From Erysipelothrix larvae (GTDB lineage: Bacteria; Bacillota_I; Bacilli_A; Erysipelotrichales; Erysipelotrichaceae), in the NCBI RefSeq assembly GCF_001545095.1, contig NZ_CP013213.1:390001-422000 (forward strand): 32,000 nucleotides of DNA. Direction: 5' to 3'. Below the pieces are notes generated by a model. The model was given only the letters and a program-made list of their open reading frames with translations, was not told the origin of the DNA and searched no databases. Shown here in pieces: positions 5,979-14,907 of this stretch. The position numbers and the translations under genes were made by a program. How positions within the stretch are numbered: the first letter of the stretch is position 1; each line of letters starts with the position of its first letter.

Positions 5979-8900
5979 ATGCGGGTAAGAAAACACCTAT
6001 TACAATTTGTGTTATTGTTAAGCCTTGTATTTACTGCATTACAAGGTGCACCAGTGTCAGTGGTAAGGGCTGACAATGTTCGTGAGATTACGGTTCATTA
6101 TACGGGATCGAAACAAGATATTGCATTTCATTTATGGGATGAAACGGGCGGTTTTTTCCATAGTACACAAAAAGAAGCAAACTGGGATGATGGATCATAT
6201 CCAGCGGTGAGTGGCGATCACCCTTATTATGTTTTAAAAACAAACGAAACGGATAAGACGTGGACGTTAGGTGCCATTGTTCGGTATGGTGAGGATAAAG
6301 AAAAAGTGTATGAGGGAGATATACTCATTGAGATCACTCCTGAAGTTATAGATATTTATCTAGGGGATGATTCCCGTGTTTCTTTTGATGGAACCAGTAC
6401 AGCACCAACACCTGAATCAGATTCAACCGTTGGTCGTGATAGTACTTTTAAAAGTGATGCGAAAGACTACATCTACATTCATTTACTGAATGAAGGCATT
6501 AACCCAAGTCAACTCACCCTTTGGGCATGGGAAGATGCACATGATGATTACCGTGAAGGAAATTGGGATACAGATCGTTTACGTCCATATGATGTCACCG
6601 ATCAATTCGCAACCTTTAAGATTGGGTTGATTGACGATGCGCAACTCTTAGGATTCTTGTTTCACTATGGTGATTCACAGTCATCGGATTACTTCTTTGA
6701 TGTATCCACAGATGTTCGCGATATTTACCTAAGAAAAGATGATACGAATGTGTATCAAGATGCTGAGTTTTCGGATGTTCAAGTTCAATCTGTAAAATGG
6801 GTGGATGTGAATACCCTTGAAATTGGATTTCCATCGGCTACCACAATCGATGAGTCAAGCTTAAAAGACTCGATTGAGCTGTTTAAAAATGGACAGACCA
6901 TTGACTTTTCAATTGCGAAAGTTGAAGATAAGTCAGTTCAATTAACGGTTGGTGCACAGGATTTCAGCGTTAAGGACAACTACTCCATCACTATTGATGG
7001 GCGTTCAATGAATGTTGTGTTTGACTGGCGTTTTATGGATGAACATTACGCAACCGATGCGCCACTTGGAACTGATTGGAACAATGAAGCGGTAACCCTC
7101 AACTTCTGGTCACCCAGTGCAACACAGGTTGAAGTGGTGCTCTATGATAAAACCGACCAAACAAAGGTTTTAAAGACGTTTTCAATGGATGAAGTGGATC
7201 ATGTGTGGGTTCTTGAACTCAAACCAAGTGATGTGGGCGTTGATTCACTGACCAATACCTATTATCAATTTAAGATTACACGCTTTGGGGAAACAGTGTA
7301 TGGATTGGATCCCTATGCACGTTCCATGGCACCATGGGATGGGATTCATAAATCAGCAAGCTGTGATAGTACTCAGCCTGAGTGTATTGGTAAAGCAGCA
7401 TTTGTAAATCCTGCAAATACAACCATGGAAACAAGTTATGCTGACATTGAAGGCTATGAAGGCAGAGAAGATGCGATTATCTATGAAGTGCATGTTCGTG
7501 ACTTTACCTCTGATATTGAGATTGATGAGACACTCAAGGCGAAGTTTGGAACCTTCAGTGCTTTTATTGAGAAACTGGACTACATTGAGTCAATGGGTGT
7601 AACCCACATCCAACTCTTGCCAGTAATGGCCTATTACAATATCGATGAAAATAATCGTGATGAACGTGTGTGGGATGCCTTAGCACAAGGTGCTGATAGT
7701 AATTATAACTGGGGGTATGATCCACACAGTTACTTTACATTATCGGGTGTTTATTCTGAAGATAACACCAATGCAGAACTGAGAATTCAAGAGTTTAAAG
7801 CGCTCATTGATGAGATTCATAATCGTGAAATGGGCGTCATCTTGGATGTTGTATATAACCATACTGCAGCGGTTCATATCTTTGAAGACCTTCAACCAAA
7901 CTATTATCATTTTATGGACTTTATGGGGAATTCAAAAACAAGCTTTGGTGGGGGTCGTTTAGGAACAACGCACCACATGGCATCACGTATCCTTACCGAC
8001 TCAATCATGTATTGGGTTGAAGAGTTTAAGGTGGATGGGTTCCGTTTTGACATGATGGGTGACCATGATGCAGCGTCGATCCAAAGGGCTTATGATCTTG
8101 CATCGAAAGTGAATCCAAATATCCTCATGATTGGAGAAGGCTGGGTTACCTTTGTTGGGGATGATGATGAGCGTGTTCAAGCAGCGGATCAAAAATGGAT
8201 GCAATATACCAGTGCGGTTGGATCCTTCTCAGATGAGTTTAGAAATGAATTGAAATCTGGGTTTGGTAGTGAAGGTGAACCACGCTTCTTAACCAATGGG
8301 GCGCGTTATATTGAAACCATCTTCAATAATATCAAGGCGCAACCGGGTAACTTTAAAGCGGATGAGCCACACGATGTCGTGAACTATATTGAAGCACATG
8401 ATAATTTGACATTGTACGATGTGATTGCGCAATCCATAAAGAAAGATCCAAAGGATAACAATTCTGAAATCTTACAACGTCAACGTCTTGGAAACTTTAT
8501 GGTGTTCACCTCTCAAGGAACTGCCTTTATGCAGGCGGGTCAAGAATATGGGAAAACACGTCAGGTTAACATTGATGCATTTAAAGAACCGGTGGGTGCA
8601 TGTGGTACGACAATGGATGAACCCATTCATAAGGCAACCTGTATGTTGAATGCAGATGGCACACCATTTGAATATCCATACTTTATTCATGATTCCTATA
8701 ATTCAAGTGATAAAATTAATCACTTTGACTGGGCAAAAACACAGGATCGTGATACCTATCAAGAAAATGTTCATACCGTAGACTATACGAAAGGGTTAAT
8801 TGCACTGCGTCGTTCTGTTGATGCGTTTACCTTAGATACACTTGAAGCGATTGATGAGAAGGTTGTCCTGCTAGAGGTTGAAGAGCAAAACAGTGCGGAC

Positions 8901-9248
8901 TTAATGCTAGCGTATGCGATTTATGATGACGATGCGACGTATTATGTCTTAATTAATGGTGATGATGAAACACGTACTTTCACATTTGATTCAAAAACTG
9001 CATCCGCAATTCGTAAGGCAGAGGTACTTGTGGATAACCAACAAGCAGGATCAACTGCACTTGAAGAGGTCAGTGGGTTAAATCTTGACGAAACGATTAG
9101 CGTGGATGCACTGAGTGGCATTGTGCTTCGTGTTGAAACCCAATCATCAATGAACCAATACTACATTATGGGCGGTATTTTAGTTGTACTGGGTGTTGCA
9201 GTTGCGATTTATGCTAAAAAACATCCTAAAGTTAAACACGATTCATAA
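5979..9248 (+). CDS. pulA: Type I pullulanase (GH13), secreted, C-terminal transmembrane anchor
   Basis: N-terminal signal peptide (LLQFVLLLSLVFTALQGAPVSVVRA). Two pullulanase-associated/CBM41-like modules (HLWDETGG, TLWAWEDAHDD). CBM48-like segment (TLNFWSPSATQVEVVLYD). Pullulanase signature YNWGYDP. GH13 regions DVVYNH, GFRFDMMGD, GEGW and YIEAHDN. C-terminal helix YYIMGGILVVLGVAVAIYAKKH. Confidence 0.9.
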   Translation: MRVRKHLLQFVLLLSLVFTALQGAPVSVVRADNVREITVHYTGSKQDIAFHLWDETGGFFHSTQKEANWDDGSYPAVSGDHPYYVLKTNETDKTWTLGAIVRYGEDKEKVYEGDILIEITPEVIDIYLGDDSRVSFDGTSTAPTPESDSTVGRDSTFKSDAKDYIYIHLLNEGINPSQLTLWAWEDAHDDYREGNWDTDRLRPYDVTDQFATFKIGLIDDAQLLGFLFHYGDSQSSDYFFDVSTDVRDIYLRKDDTNVYQDAEFSDVQVQSVKWVDVNTLEIGFPSATTIDESSLKDSIELFKNGQTIDFSIAKVEDKSVQLTVGAQDFSVKDNYSITIDGRSMNVVFDWRFMDEHYATDAPLGTDWNNEAVTLNFWSPSATQVEVVLYDKTDQTKVLKTFSMDEVDHVWVLELKPSDVGVDSLTNTYYQFKITRFGETVYGLDPYARSMAPWDGIHKSASCDSTQPECIGKAAFVNPANTTMETSYADIEGYEGREDAIIYEVHVRDFTSDIEIDETLKAKFGTFSAFIEKLDYIESMGVTHIQLLPVMAYYNIDENNRDERVWDALAQGADSNYNWGYDPHSYFTLSGVYSEDNTNAELRIQEFKALIDEIHNREMGVILDVVYNHTAAVHIFEDLQPNYYHFMDFMGNSKTSFGGGRLGTTHHMASRILTDSIMYWVEEFKVDGFRFDMMGDHDAASIQRAYDLASKVNPNILMIGEGWVTFVGDDDERVQAADQKWMQYTSAVGSFSDEFRNELKSGFGSEGEPRFLTNGARYIETIFNNIKAQPGNFKADEPHDVVNYIEAHDNLTLYDVIAQSIKKDPKDNNSEILQRQRLGNFMVFTSQGTAFMQAGQEYGKTRQVNIDAFKEPVGACGTTMDEPIHKATCMLNADGTPFEYPYFIHDSYNSSDKINHFDWAKTQDRDTYQENVHTVDYTKGLIALRRSVDAFTLDTLEAIDEKVVLLEVEEQNSADLMLAYAIYDDDATYYVLINGDDETRTFTFDSKTASAIRKAEVLVDNQQAGSTALEEVSGLNLDETISVDALSGIVLRVETQSSMNQYYIMGGILVVLGVAVAIYAKKHPKVKHDS

Positions 9249-9260
9249 GAGAAACCAATG

Positions 9261-9286
9261 AAACACCCTTAAATGGGTGTTTTTTT
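9261..9286 (+). terminator. Intrinsic terminator after pullulanase
   Basis: AAACACCC (9261-9268) / GGGTGTTT (9275-9282), loop TTAAAT, T-run to 9286. It lies 13 nt after the stop. Confidence 0.75.
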
Positions 9287-9349
9287 GAGTGAAAACGCAA
9301 CTATTTGAGCAGTTAATGATAAAAAATGCAAGAAAATGATTGATTATGA

Positions 9350-9378
9350 TTGAAACCGTTATCAAGTTATGATATATT
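9350..9378 (+). promoter_or_regulatory. fruK promoter with overlapping cre site
   Basis: TTGAAA (9350-9355) - 17 nt - TATATT (9373-9378), preceded by TGA (extended -10). TTGAAACCGTTATCA (9350-9364) fits the cre consensus WTGNAANCGNWNNCW at every defined position. Confidence 0.55.
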
Positions 9379-9401
9379 GTTGGTGTAAAGGAGAGGATAA
9401 G

Positions 9402-10328
9402 ATGATCTGGATTTGTACGTTAAATCCTTCAATTGACTATCACATGTCCGTGGATTCCTTGGATTTAGGGAAGACCAATCGCAGTCAATGTGAACATGTT
9501 GTCATTGGAGGAAAAGGCATCAATGTCGCAATTGTACTGAATGAACTTGATGTTGCTTCAACTGTTTTTGGATTTGTCGGGGGTTTTACTGGAGATAAGA
9601 TTGTGAATGAACTCCAAAAATATCCACACATTCACGATGCATTGACCCGTGTTGAATACGACACACGGATTAATGTCAAGGTTAAGGGACAGGTTGAAAC
9701 AGAGATCAATGGACGTGGTCAACCGGTTAGTGAAACCGATGTTAAGACCATTGAGACAACGTTATCCCATGTGTCTAAAGGGGATCTTGTTGTATTGACG
9801 GGCAGTGTAGCAAATGGGATGGATTATCGCTGGTATCTCAACGTAGCACGTCAATGTTTAGATCGTGGCATCGAGTTTGTGGTGGACTTTGCAGACACAA
9901 CACTGCTTGAAGTGCTCAAGTATAAACCACGCTTAATTAAACCAAATGTGAGTGAACTTGAGGCTATTTTAAATACACCGATTGAAACCGATGAAGACAT
10001 CATCAAGGGTGCACAAAAACTTGTGAGTCTTGGTGCACAAGCATGCATCATATCAAATGGAGCAAAAGGGTCATTTCTTGTGACACACGATGCAATCTTC
10101 ACATCGAATATTCCTGAAGGTGACTTTAAGAATTCTGTAGGGTCGGGGGACTCAATGGTTGCAGGATATCTTAAAGGATACATCGCACAAGAGTCTATAA
10201 GCACCTCATATCAATATGCAGTTGCATGTGCAAGTGCCACCGCTTATTCAGAACACCTTGCCACACATGAGGCAATCGATCAACTTATGAAACGAGTAAA
10301 AATATCAGAGGTAGGAGGAACATTATGA
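9402..10328 (+). CDS. fruK: 1-phosphofructokinase (PfkB family)
   Basis: I prefer ATG 9402 (SD AAAGGAGAGG upstream), giving MIWICTLNPSIDY, the characteristic FruK N-terminus. GGKGINVA and GSGDSMVAG PfkB motifs are present. Its stop overlaps the fruA start (ATGA). Confidence 0.9.
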   Translation: MIWICTLNPSIDYHMSVDSLDLGKTNRSQCEHVVIGGKGINVAIVLNELDVASTVFGFVGGFTGDKIVNELQKYPHIHDALTRVEYDTRINVKVKGQVETEINGRGQPVSETDVKTIETTLSHVSKGDLVVLTGSVANGMDYRWYLNVARQCLDRGIEFVVDFADTTLLEVLKYKPRLIKPNVSELEAILNTPIETDEDIIKGAQKLVSLGAQACIISNGAKGSFLVTHDAIFTSNIPEGDFKNSVGSGDSMVAGYLKGYIAQESISTSYQYAVACASATAYSEHLATHEAIDQLMKRVKISEVGGTL

Positions 10329-12184
10329 AACTCGAAAATGTACTTAGACAAAGCGTAATGATGTTAGACCTTAAATCAACATCCAAAGAAGCCGTGATTC
10401 ATGAACTGGTGATGATGTTGGTAGAAGATGGTGTATTGGATAAATCAAATCGTGAAGCGTTTGAATCGGTAATTTGGGAACGAGAAAAGATCAGCAGTAC
10501 AGGTGTTGGCGATGGGGTTGCGATTCCTCATGGTATGAGTGAACTTATTTCAAAACCAACTGTTGTATTTGGTAAGAGTACCCAAGGCATTGAATTCAAT
10601 AGTTTAGATGGTAAACCGGCATGCTTGTTTTTCATGATTGCGACACCAAAAAACTCAAACAATGATCACTTGGCATTATTGTCACAACTCTCCGCACGAC
10701 TTATGAATGAAACTGTGATTCAATCACTCACACAAGCAACTTCAAAACAACAGGTGCAAGACATTTTAAATGCAGATGTTTCACAAACAGTCAGTGAAGT
10801 AGATGACGATGCGCCATTTGTGGTTGCGGTAACAGCATGTGCAACAGGTATTGCCCATACTTATATGGCACAAGAAAAACTGCAAAGTGCTGCGGGTGTT
10901 CATCATGTCAACATTAAAGTTGAAACCAACGGTTCAGCAGGTGTAAAAAATAAGTTATCCGCTCAAGATATTGAAAAAGCAGTGGGTGTTATTGTTGCGG
11001 CAGACATTCATGTTGAGATGAATCGTTTTGCAGGAAAACCACTGGTTCATGTTCCTGTGGCGCAAGCGATAAATAAAGCAGATTCATTAATTGAAACCAT
11101 TGTGAATGGTAATGTCCCTGCTTATGTCGCTTCACATCAAGACAAAAAAGAGTCTGAAGCACCAAAAGGCGTGTATCAACACCTTATGAATGGTGTATCT
11201 CATATGTTGCCTTTTGTAATTGCAGGGGGAATCTTGATTGCGATTGCCTTTATGATTGACCAAATCATTGGGGTACCAACCGATAGTTTAGGGAAACTGG
11301 GAAGTTATAATGAACTTGCAGCAACCTTCAATACGATTGGTGGGATGGCCTTTGGCTTCATGCTTCCAGTTCTTGCAGGATATATCGCAATGAGTATTGC
11401 GGATCGACCAGGTCTTGTTGTTGGGTTTGTAGCAGGCGGCCTTGCAAGTGCAGGGGGTGCAGGATTCTTAGGTGCACTCTTGGGTGGATTTGTCTCAGGC
11501 TATGCGATGAACGGGACAAAGAAACTCCTTGAAGGACTCCCAACCTCCATGGATGGGATTCGAACAGTACTGCTTTATCCATTGTTTGGTGTCCTTGTCG
11601 TGGGACTTGTGATGACCTTAGTCAATTATCCAATGAGCGCTTTGAATAATGCGATGAATAATTTCCTTACAGGTCTTTCTGGAACCAATGCAATCCTATT
11701 AGGACTCATCTTAGGAACAATGATGGCCATTGACTTGGGTGGACCGATAAATAAGGCAGCCTATGTCTTTGGTACAGGGACACTTACTGCAACAGTCAGT
11801 ACAGGGGGAAGTGCAGTGATGGCTGCGGTAATGGCTGCAGGGATGGTTCCTCCATTGGGTGTATTTATCGCAACACAACTCTTTAAAAACAAGTTCACGA
11901 AAGACCAACAACAAGCCGGTCTTACAAACTTAATCTTGGGAGCATCCTTTATTACTGAAGGTGCCATTCCCTTTGCATCCAGTGACCCAATTCCAATGTT
12001 GATTAGTTTTGTGGGTGGATCTGCGATTGCATCAGCGCTTGTGTTAATGTCTGGAATTCAAGTGCTTGCTCCTCATGGTGGTATCTTTGTCATCATGCTT
12101 GTATCCAATCCATTGCTCTATATTGCTTACATTGCAATAGGTTCTGTGATTTCTGGAGTACTCATCGGACTGCTTAAAAAATAA
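10325..12184 (+). CDS. fruA: PTS fructose-specific EIIABC component
   Basis: EIIA-2 domain with AIPHG histidine. EIIB with VTACATGIAHTYMA cysteine motif. Long polytopic EIIC domain. Translationally coupled to fruK. Confidence 0.9.
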   Translation: MKLENVLRQSVMMLDLKSTSKEAVIHELVMMLVEDGVLDKSNREAFESVIWEREKISSTGVGDGVAIPHGMSELISKPTVVFGKSTQGIEFNSLDGKPACLFFMIATPKNSNNDHLALLSQLSARLMNETVIQSLTQATSKQQVQDILNADVSQTVSEVDDDAPFVVAVTACATGIAHTYMAQEKLQSAAGVHHVNIKVETNGSAGVKNKLSAQDIEKAVGVIVAADIHVEMNRFAGKPLVHVPVAQAINKADSLIETIVNGNVPAYVASHQDKKESEAPKGVYQHLMNGVSHMLPFVIAGGILIAIAFMIDQIIGVPTDSLGKLGSYNELAATFNTIGGMAFGFMLPVLAGYIAMSIADRPGLVVGFVAGGLASAGGAGFLGALLGGFVSGYAMNGTKKLLEGLPTSMDGIRTVLLYPLFGVLVVGLVMTLVNYPMSALNNAMNNFLTGLSGTNAILLGLILGTMMAIDLGGPINKAAYVFGTGTLTATVSTGGSAVMAAVMAAGMVPPLGVFIATQLFKNKFTKDQQQAGLTNLILGASFITEGAIPFASSDPIPMLISFVGGSAIASALVLMSGIQVLAPHGGIFVIMLVSNPLLYIAYIAIGSVISGVLIGLLKK

Positions 12185-12189
12185 GGAAT

Positions 12190-12242
12190 AAACCTTGTAG
12201 ATATTGATTCATGTTTTGAATTCTTTCTGCAAGGTTTTTTTG
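12190..12242 (+). terminator. Terminator after fruA
   Basis: AAACCTTG(TAG) ... (CTG)CAAGGTTT stem followed by TTTTTTT (12235-12241). The loop is rather large (about 27 nt). Confidence 0.55.
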
Positions 12243-12329
12243 TTATTTTGTGTGATAATTAAGTTATTGATTCACATTAGATTATTCTGTGGTATTCTAA
12301 ATAACAGTTAACCATTTTTTTGTGTTACA

Positions 12330-12338
12330 TGTTATAAT
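12330..12338 (+). promoter_or_regulatory. Extended -10 element upstream of cdaA
   Basis: TGTTATAAT (TGnTATAAT) ends 22 nt before ATG 12360, with SD AGGAGG in between. I saw no convincing -35. Confidence 0.35.
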
Positions 12339-12359
12339 TAATAAGGTTAGGAGGTTTCT

Positions 12360-13535
12360 ATGCCACTCAATTTATTATGGTTTCAGTCATTTTTACAAGC
12401 AGTAAAAGTGCTCATCGATTTTTTAATTGTTTGGGTTCTTATTTACTACATTTTAAAAGTGGTCCGAAACAACTCAAGAACAGTGCAAATTTTTAAAGGG
12501 GTAGTGGTCATAATCCTAGTGCGATTTGTAGCACTTTATTTAGGTTTATCAACAGTACAAGCTTTAGCAGATTTCGCAATTCAATATGGTTTTATCGTTT
12601 TTGTGGTTATATTTCAACCTGAAATACGCGGACTCTTGGAACGTCTTGGTAAGACATCAGTATTCTCATCAATTAATACACTTACTGGAAACGAACGTGA
12701 GCGTCTGGTTAATGATTTAGTGAATGCGGCAGTGACGTTGTCACGGCGTAAAACAGGTGGACTTATTACCTTGGAACAAGGACATTCATTGGTCGATTAT
12801 ATTAAAACAGGAACCCCAATTAATGCCACCGTTACTGAAGATTTACTAACGTCAATCTTTGTAACTACAACACCACTTCATGATGGTGCTGTGATTATTA
12901 AAGGAGATCGCGTTGCGTGTGCATCTGCGTATTTCCCACCAACTGCTCGTGAATTATCCTCACGCTATGGTGCGCGTCACCGTGCAGCGTTGGGAATCAG
13001 TGAAATCACCGATTCAATTACGATTGTTATTTCTGAGGAAACTGGAACTATCTCAATTGCAGAAGGTGGTAAATTGACGGAAGTGGATGAATTTAGCTTG
13101 CGTGATTATTTAAATTCTGTCATTAAAAACACAGAGAAGGAAGTAAGCGAGAAGATTGATACACGGATATCACGTCGTATTAACTTTGGTCGTTTAAATG
13201 TGGATCCAATTCGTGTTGAACGCGTAGATGGTGAAGAAATTCCTCAATTAAAGAAACAAAAAGAAAAGAAAGAACAAACAGAAAAAACAAAAGAAGGCTT
13301 TGTTGGAAGCTTTAAGAAACGTCGTGAAATGAAAAAAGAAAAACGTGAAGAACTTAAAGAATCTAGCAAGAAGGTTTATAAAAAAGATCGTTCGGATTCT
13401 AAACCCGAACCAAAAGATGGTCGTGTTAATTTAGAAGACATTAAGTCTGCAACACGGATTAATGACGACGCTGACAGTGAAAATCGTGCAGAAACACATT
13501 CTGATCAACGTGATGGAGGTGAGTCTGATGAGTGA
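12360..13535 (+). CDS. cdaA: Diadenylate cyclase CdaA (c-di-AMP synthase) with a long charged C-terminal extension
   Basis: Three N-terminal TM helices. DAC domain with the LHDGAVII (DGA) and GARHRAALG (RHR) motifs. Residues from about 256 to 391 are a Lys/Glu/Asp-rich low-complexity tail. The stop overlaps the cdaR start by 8 nt. Confidence 0.9.
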   Translation: MPLNLLWFQSFLQAVKVLIDFLIVWVLIYYILKVVRNNSRTVQIFKGVVVIILVRFVALYLGLSTVQALADFAIQYGFIVFVVIFQPEIRGLLERLGKTSVFSSINTLTGNERERLVNDLVNAAVTLSRRKTGGLITLEQGHSLVDYIKTGTPINATVTEDLLTSIFVTTTPLHDGAVIIKGDRVACASAYFPPTARELSSRYGARHRAALGISEITDSITIVISEETGTISIAEGGKLTEVDEFSLRDYLNSVIKNTEKEVSEKIDTRISRRINFGRLNVDPIRVERVDGEEIPQLKKQKEKKEQTEKTKEGFVGSFKKRREMKKEKREELKESSKKVYKKDRSDSKPEPKDGRVNLEDIKSATRINDDADSENRAETHSDQRDGGESDE

Positions 13536-14883
13536 AAAACATAAGGGGTCAAAGGGACATCCAACCAATGAGAAAACAGAAATAGCACAACGTATCGCCA
13601 AGCAATCCGCTCGGTTTGCACGTCGTTATGAAGCAGTGACTGATTTTGTTTCACGCATATTCCGTTGGTTTAGTGCGTGGTTTGACCGTATTATTTTCAA
13701 TCAGAAGTACAGTAAACTTGTTGCATTTGTTGTCGCAATTCTTGTTGTTATGGCATTTACAAACAACCCTGTGGAACCATTATTCCAAACGAAAACATTA
13801 ACACGTGTGAAAGTCAATGCGATTTATAACTCTGAAATGTATGAAGTAGAAGGCATTCCAGAATATGTTGAAGTGAATATAATTGGTGATTACAGTGATG
13901 TTATCTCTGTGAATGCTAATGATATTACTGTGGACTTAGATCTTGGTAAGTTGACAGAAGGTCAACACCAAGTTGACTTTGTGCCTGTGGGTGTATCACA
14001 GCGTGTACGGGCAACCGTCACACCATCATCTGCAAGAGTCACAATTCGACTCAAAGAAACCAAGACGATGGAACTCAGTTATGACTTTATTAACCTTGAT
14101 AAACTTGGTAATCAATTTGTCTTGGGTGAAGTAACCCTCGATAATCGCGATGTCACAATCTCTGCTTCAAGAGAAACTCTAGATACCATCGCATTTGTGA
14201 AAGCGTTGATTGACGTGAGTGGTAAAACCGAAACCTTTACACAAGAAGCAAATGTTGTAGCGTATGATCAAAATGGTAACCGTGTTGAAAATGCAGATGT
14301 GATTCCACGTGTTGTGAATGCAACCGTTGAAGTGTCATCACCAAGTAAGACCGTACCAATTTATGTATCCATTGAAGGGGCAATCCCAAATAACAAGGCC
14401 GTTGCTTCAATTACACAAGATCATAATGCGATTACGATTTATGGACCACTTTCAGTATTGGATACGATTGATGAGATTGTAATCTCAGTACCCGCATCTA
14501 CCTTGACACAAGGGCGTATGACACACAACATTACCCTGCCAACAGGTGTTCGTTATGGTAATGTATCGAAGGTTAACCTTGACGTTAAATTAGGTGATGC
14601 AGTCACCCAAACATTCGACAACATTCCGATTACATATCGAGAAAATGTGAATGGATTTAAGATTCGGGCAACCAATGAAGATGACTTTACAACATCAATT
14701 ACGGTAACCGGTACCGCAGAAAATATTGCAAGCTTTAACAGAGACAACATCGCAGTATTTATCAATATGCGAAATATTCAAGAAGGAAACAATCAAGAAG
14801 TTCAATTGTATGTTGATTCGAACTTTACCTTACTCAACATTGTCTCAACGAAACAAACAATTATTATTGATGTCATTAAGTAA
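13528..14883 (+). CDS. cdaR: CdaR / YbbR-domain regulator of CdaA
   Basis: I prefer ATG 13528 (SD GGAGGTGAG upstream; MSEKHKG...) over the upstream in-frame start at 13462. One N-terminal TM helix followed by repeated YbbR-like beta-rich modules. Canonical position between cdaA and glmM. Confidence 0.85.
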   Translation: MSEKHKGSKGHPTNEKTEIAQRIAKQSARFARRYEAVTDFVSRIFRWFSAWFDRIIFNQKYSKLVAFVVAILVVMAFTNNPVEPLFQTKTLTRVKVNAIYNSEMYEVEGIPEYVEVNIIGDYSDVISVNANDITVDLDLGKLTEGQHQVDFVPVGVSQRVRATVTPSSARVTIRLKETKTMELSYDFINLDKLGNQFVLGEVTLDNRDVTISASRETLDTIAFVKALIDVSGKTETFTQEANVVAYDQNGNRVENADVIPRVVNATVEVSSPSKTVPIYVSIEGAIPNNKAVASITQDHNAITIYGPLSVLDTIDEIVISVPASTLTQGRMTHNITLPTGVRYGNVSKVNLDVKLGDAVTQTFDNIPITYRENVNGFKIRATNEDDFTTSITVTGTAENIASFNRDNIAVFINMRNIQEGNNQEVQLYVDSNFTLLNIVSTKQTIIIDVIK

Positions 14884-14907
14884 ATAAATAGAAAAGAGGT
14901 CTTGGAC

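Noticed and set aside
6616-8690. Minus-strand ORFs 6616-6834, 8001-8204 and 8472-8690
   Set aside because: They are antisense within the well-supported pullulanase gene, short, and lack SD sites.
9851-11967. Minus-strand ORFs within fruK and fruA (9851-10204, 11358-11582, 11711-11914, 11761-11967)
   Set aside because: They are antisense to genes with unambiguous family motifs. These are GC-richer coding regions, which often carry long antisense frames.
13462-13527. Upstream extension of cdaR to 13462
   Set aside because: The extension lies inside the cdaA coding tail and has no SD. ATG 13528 has GGAGGTGAG upstream and gives the typical charged-then-TM CdaR N-terminus.
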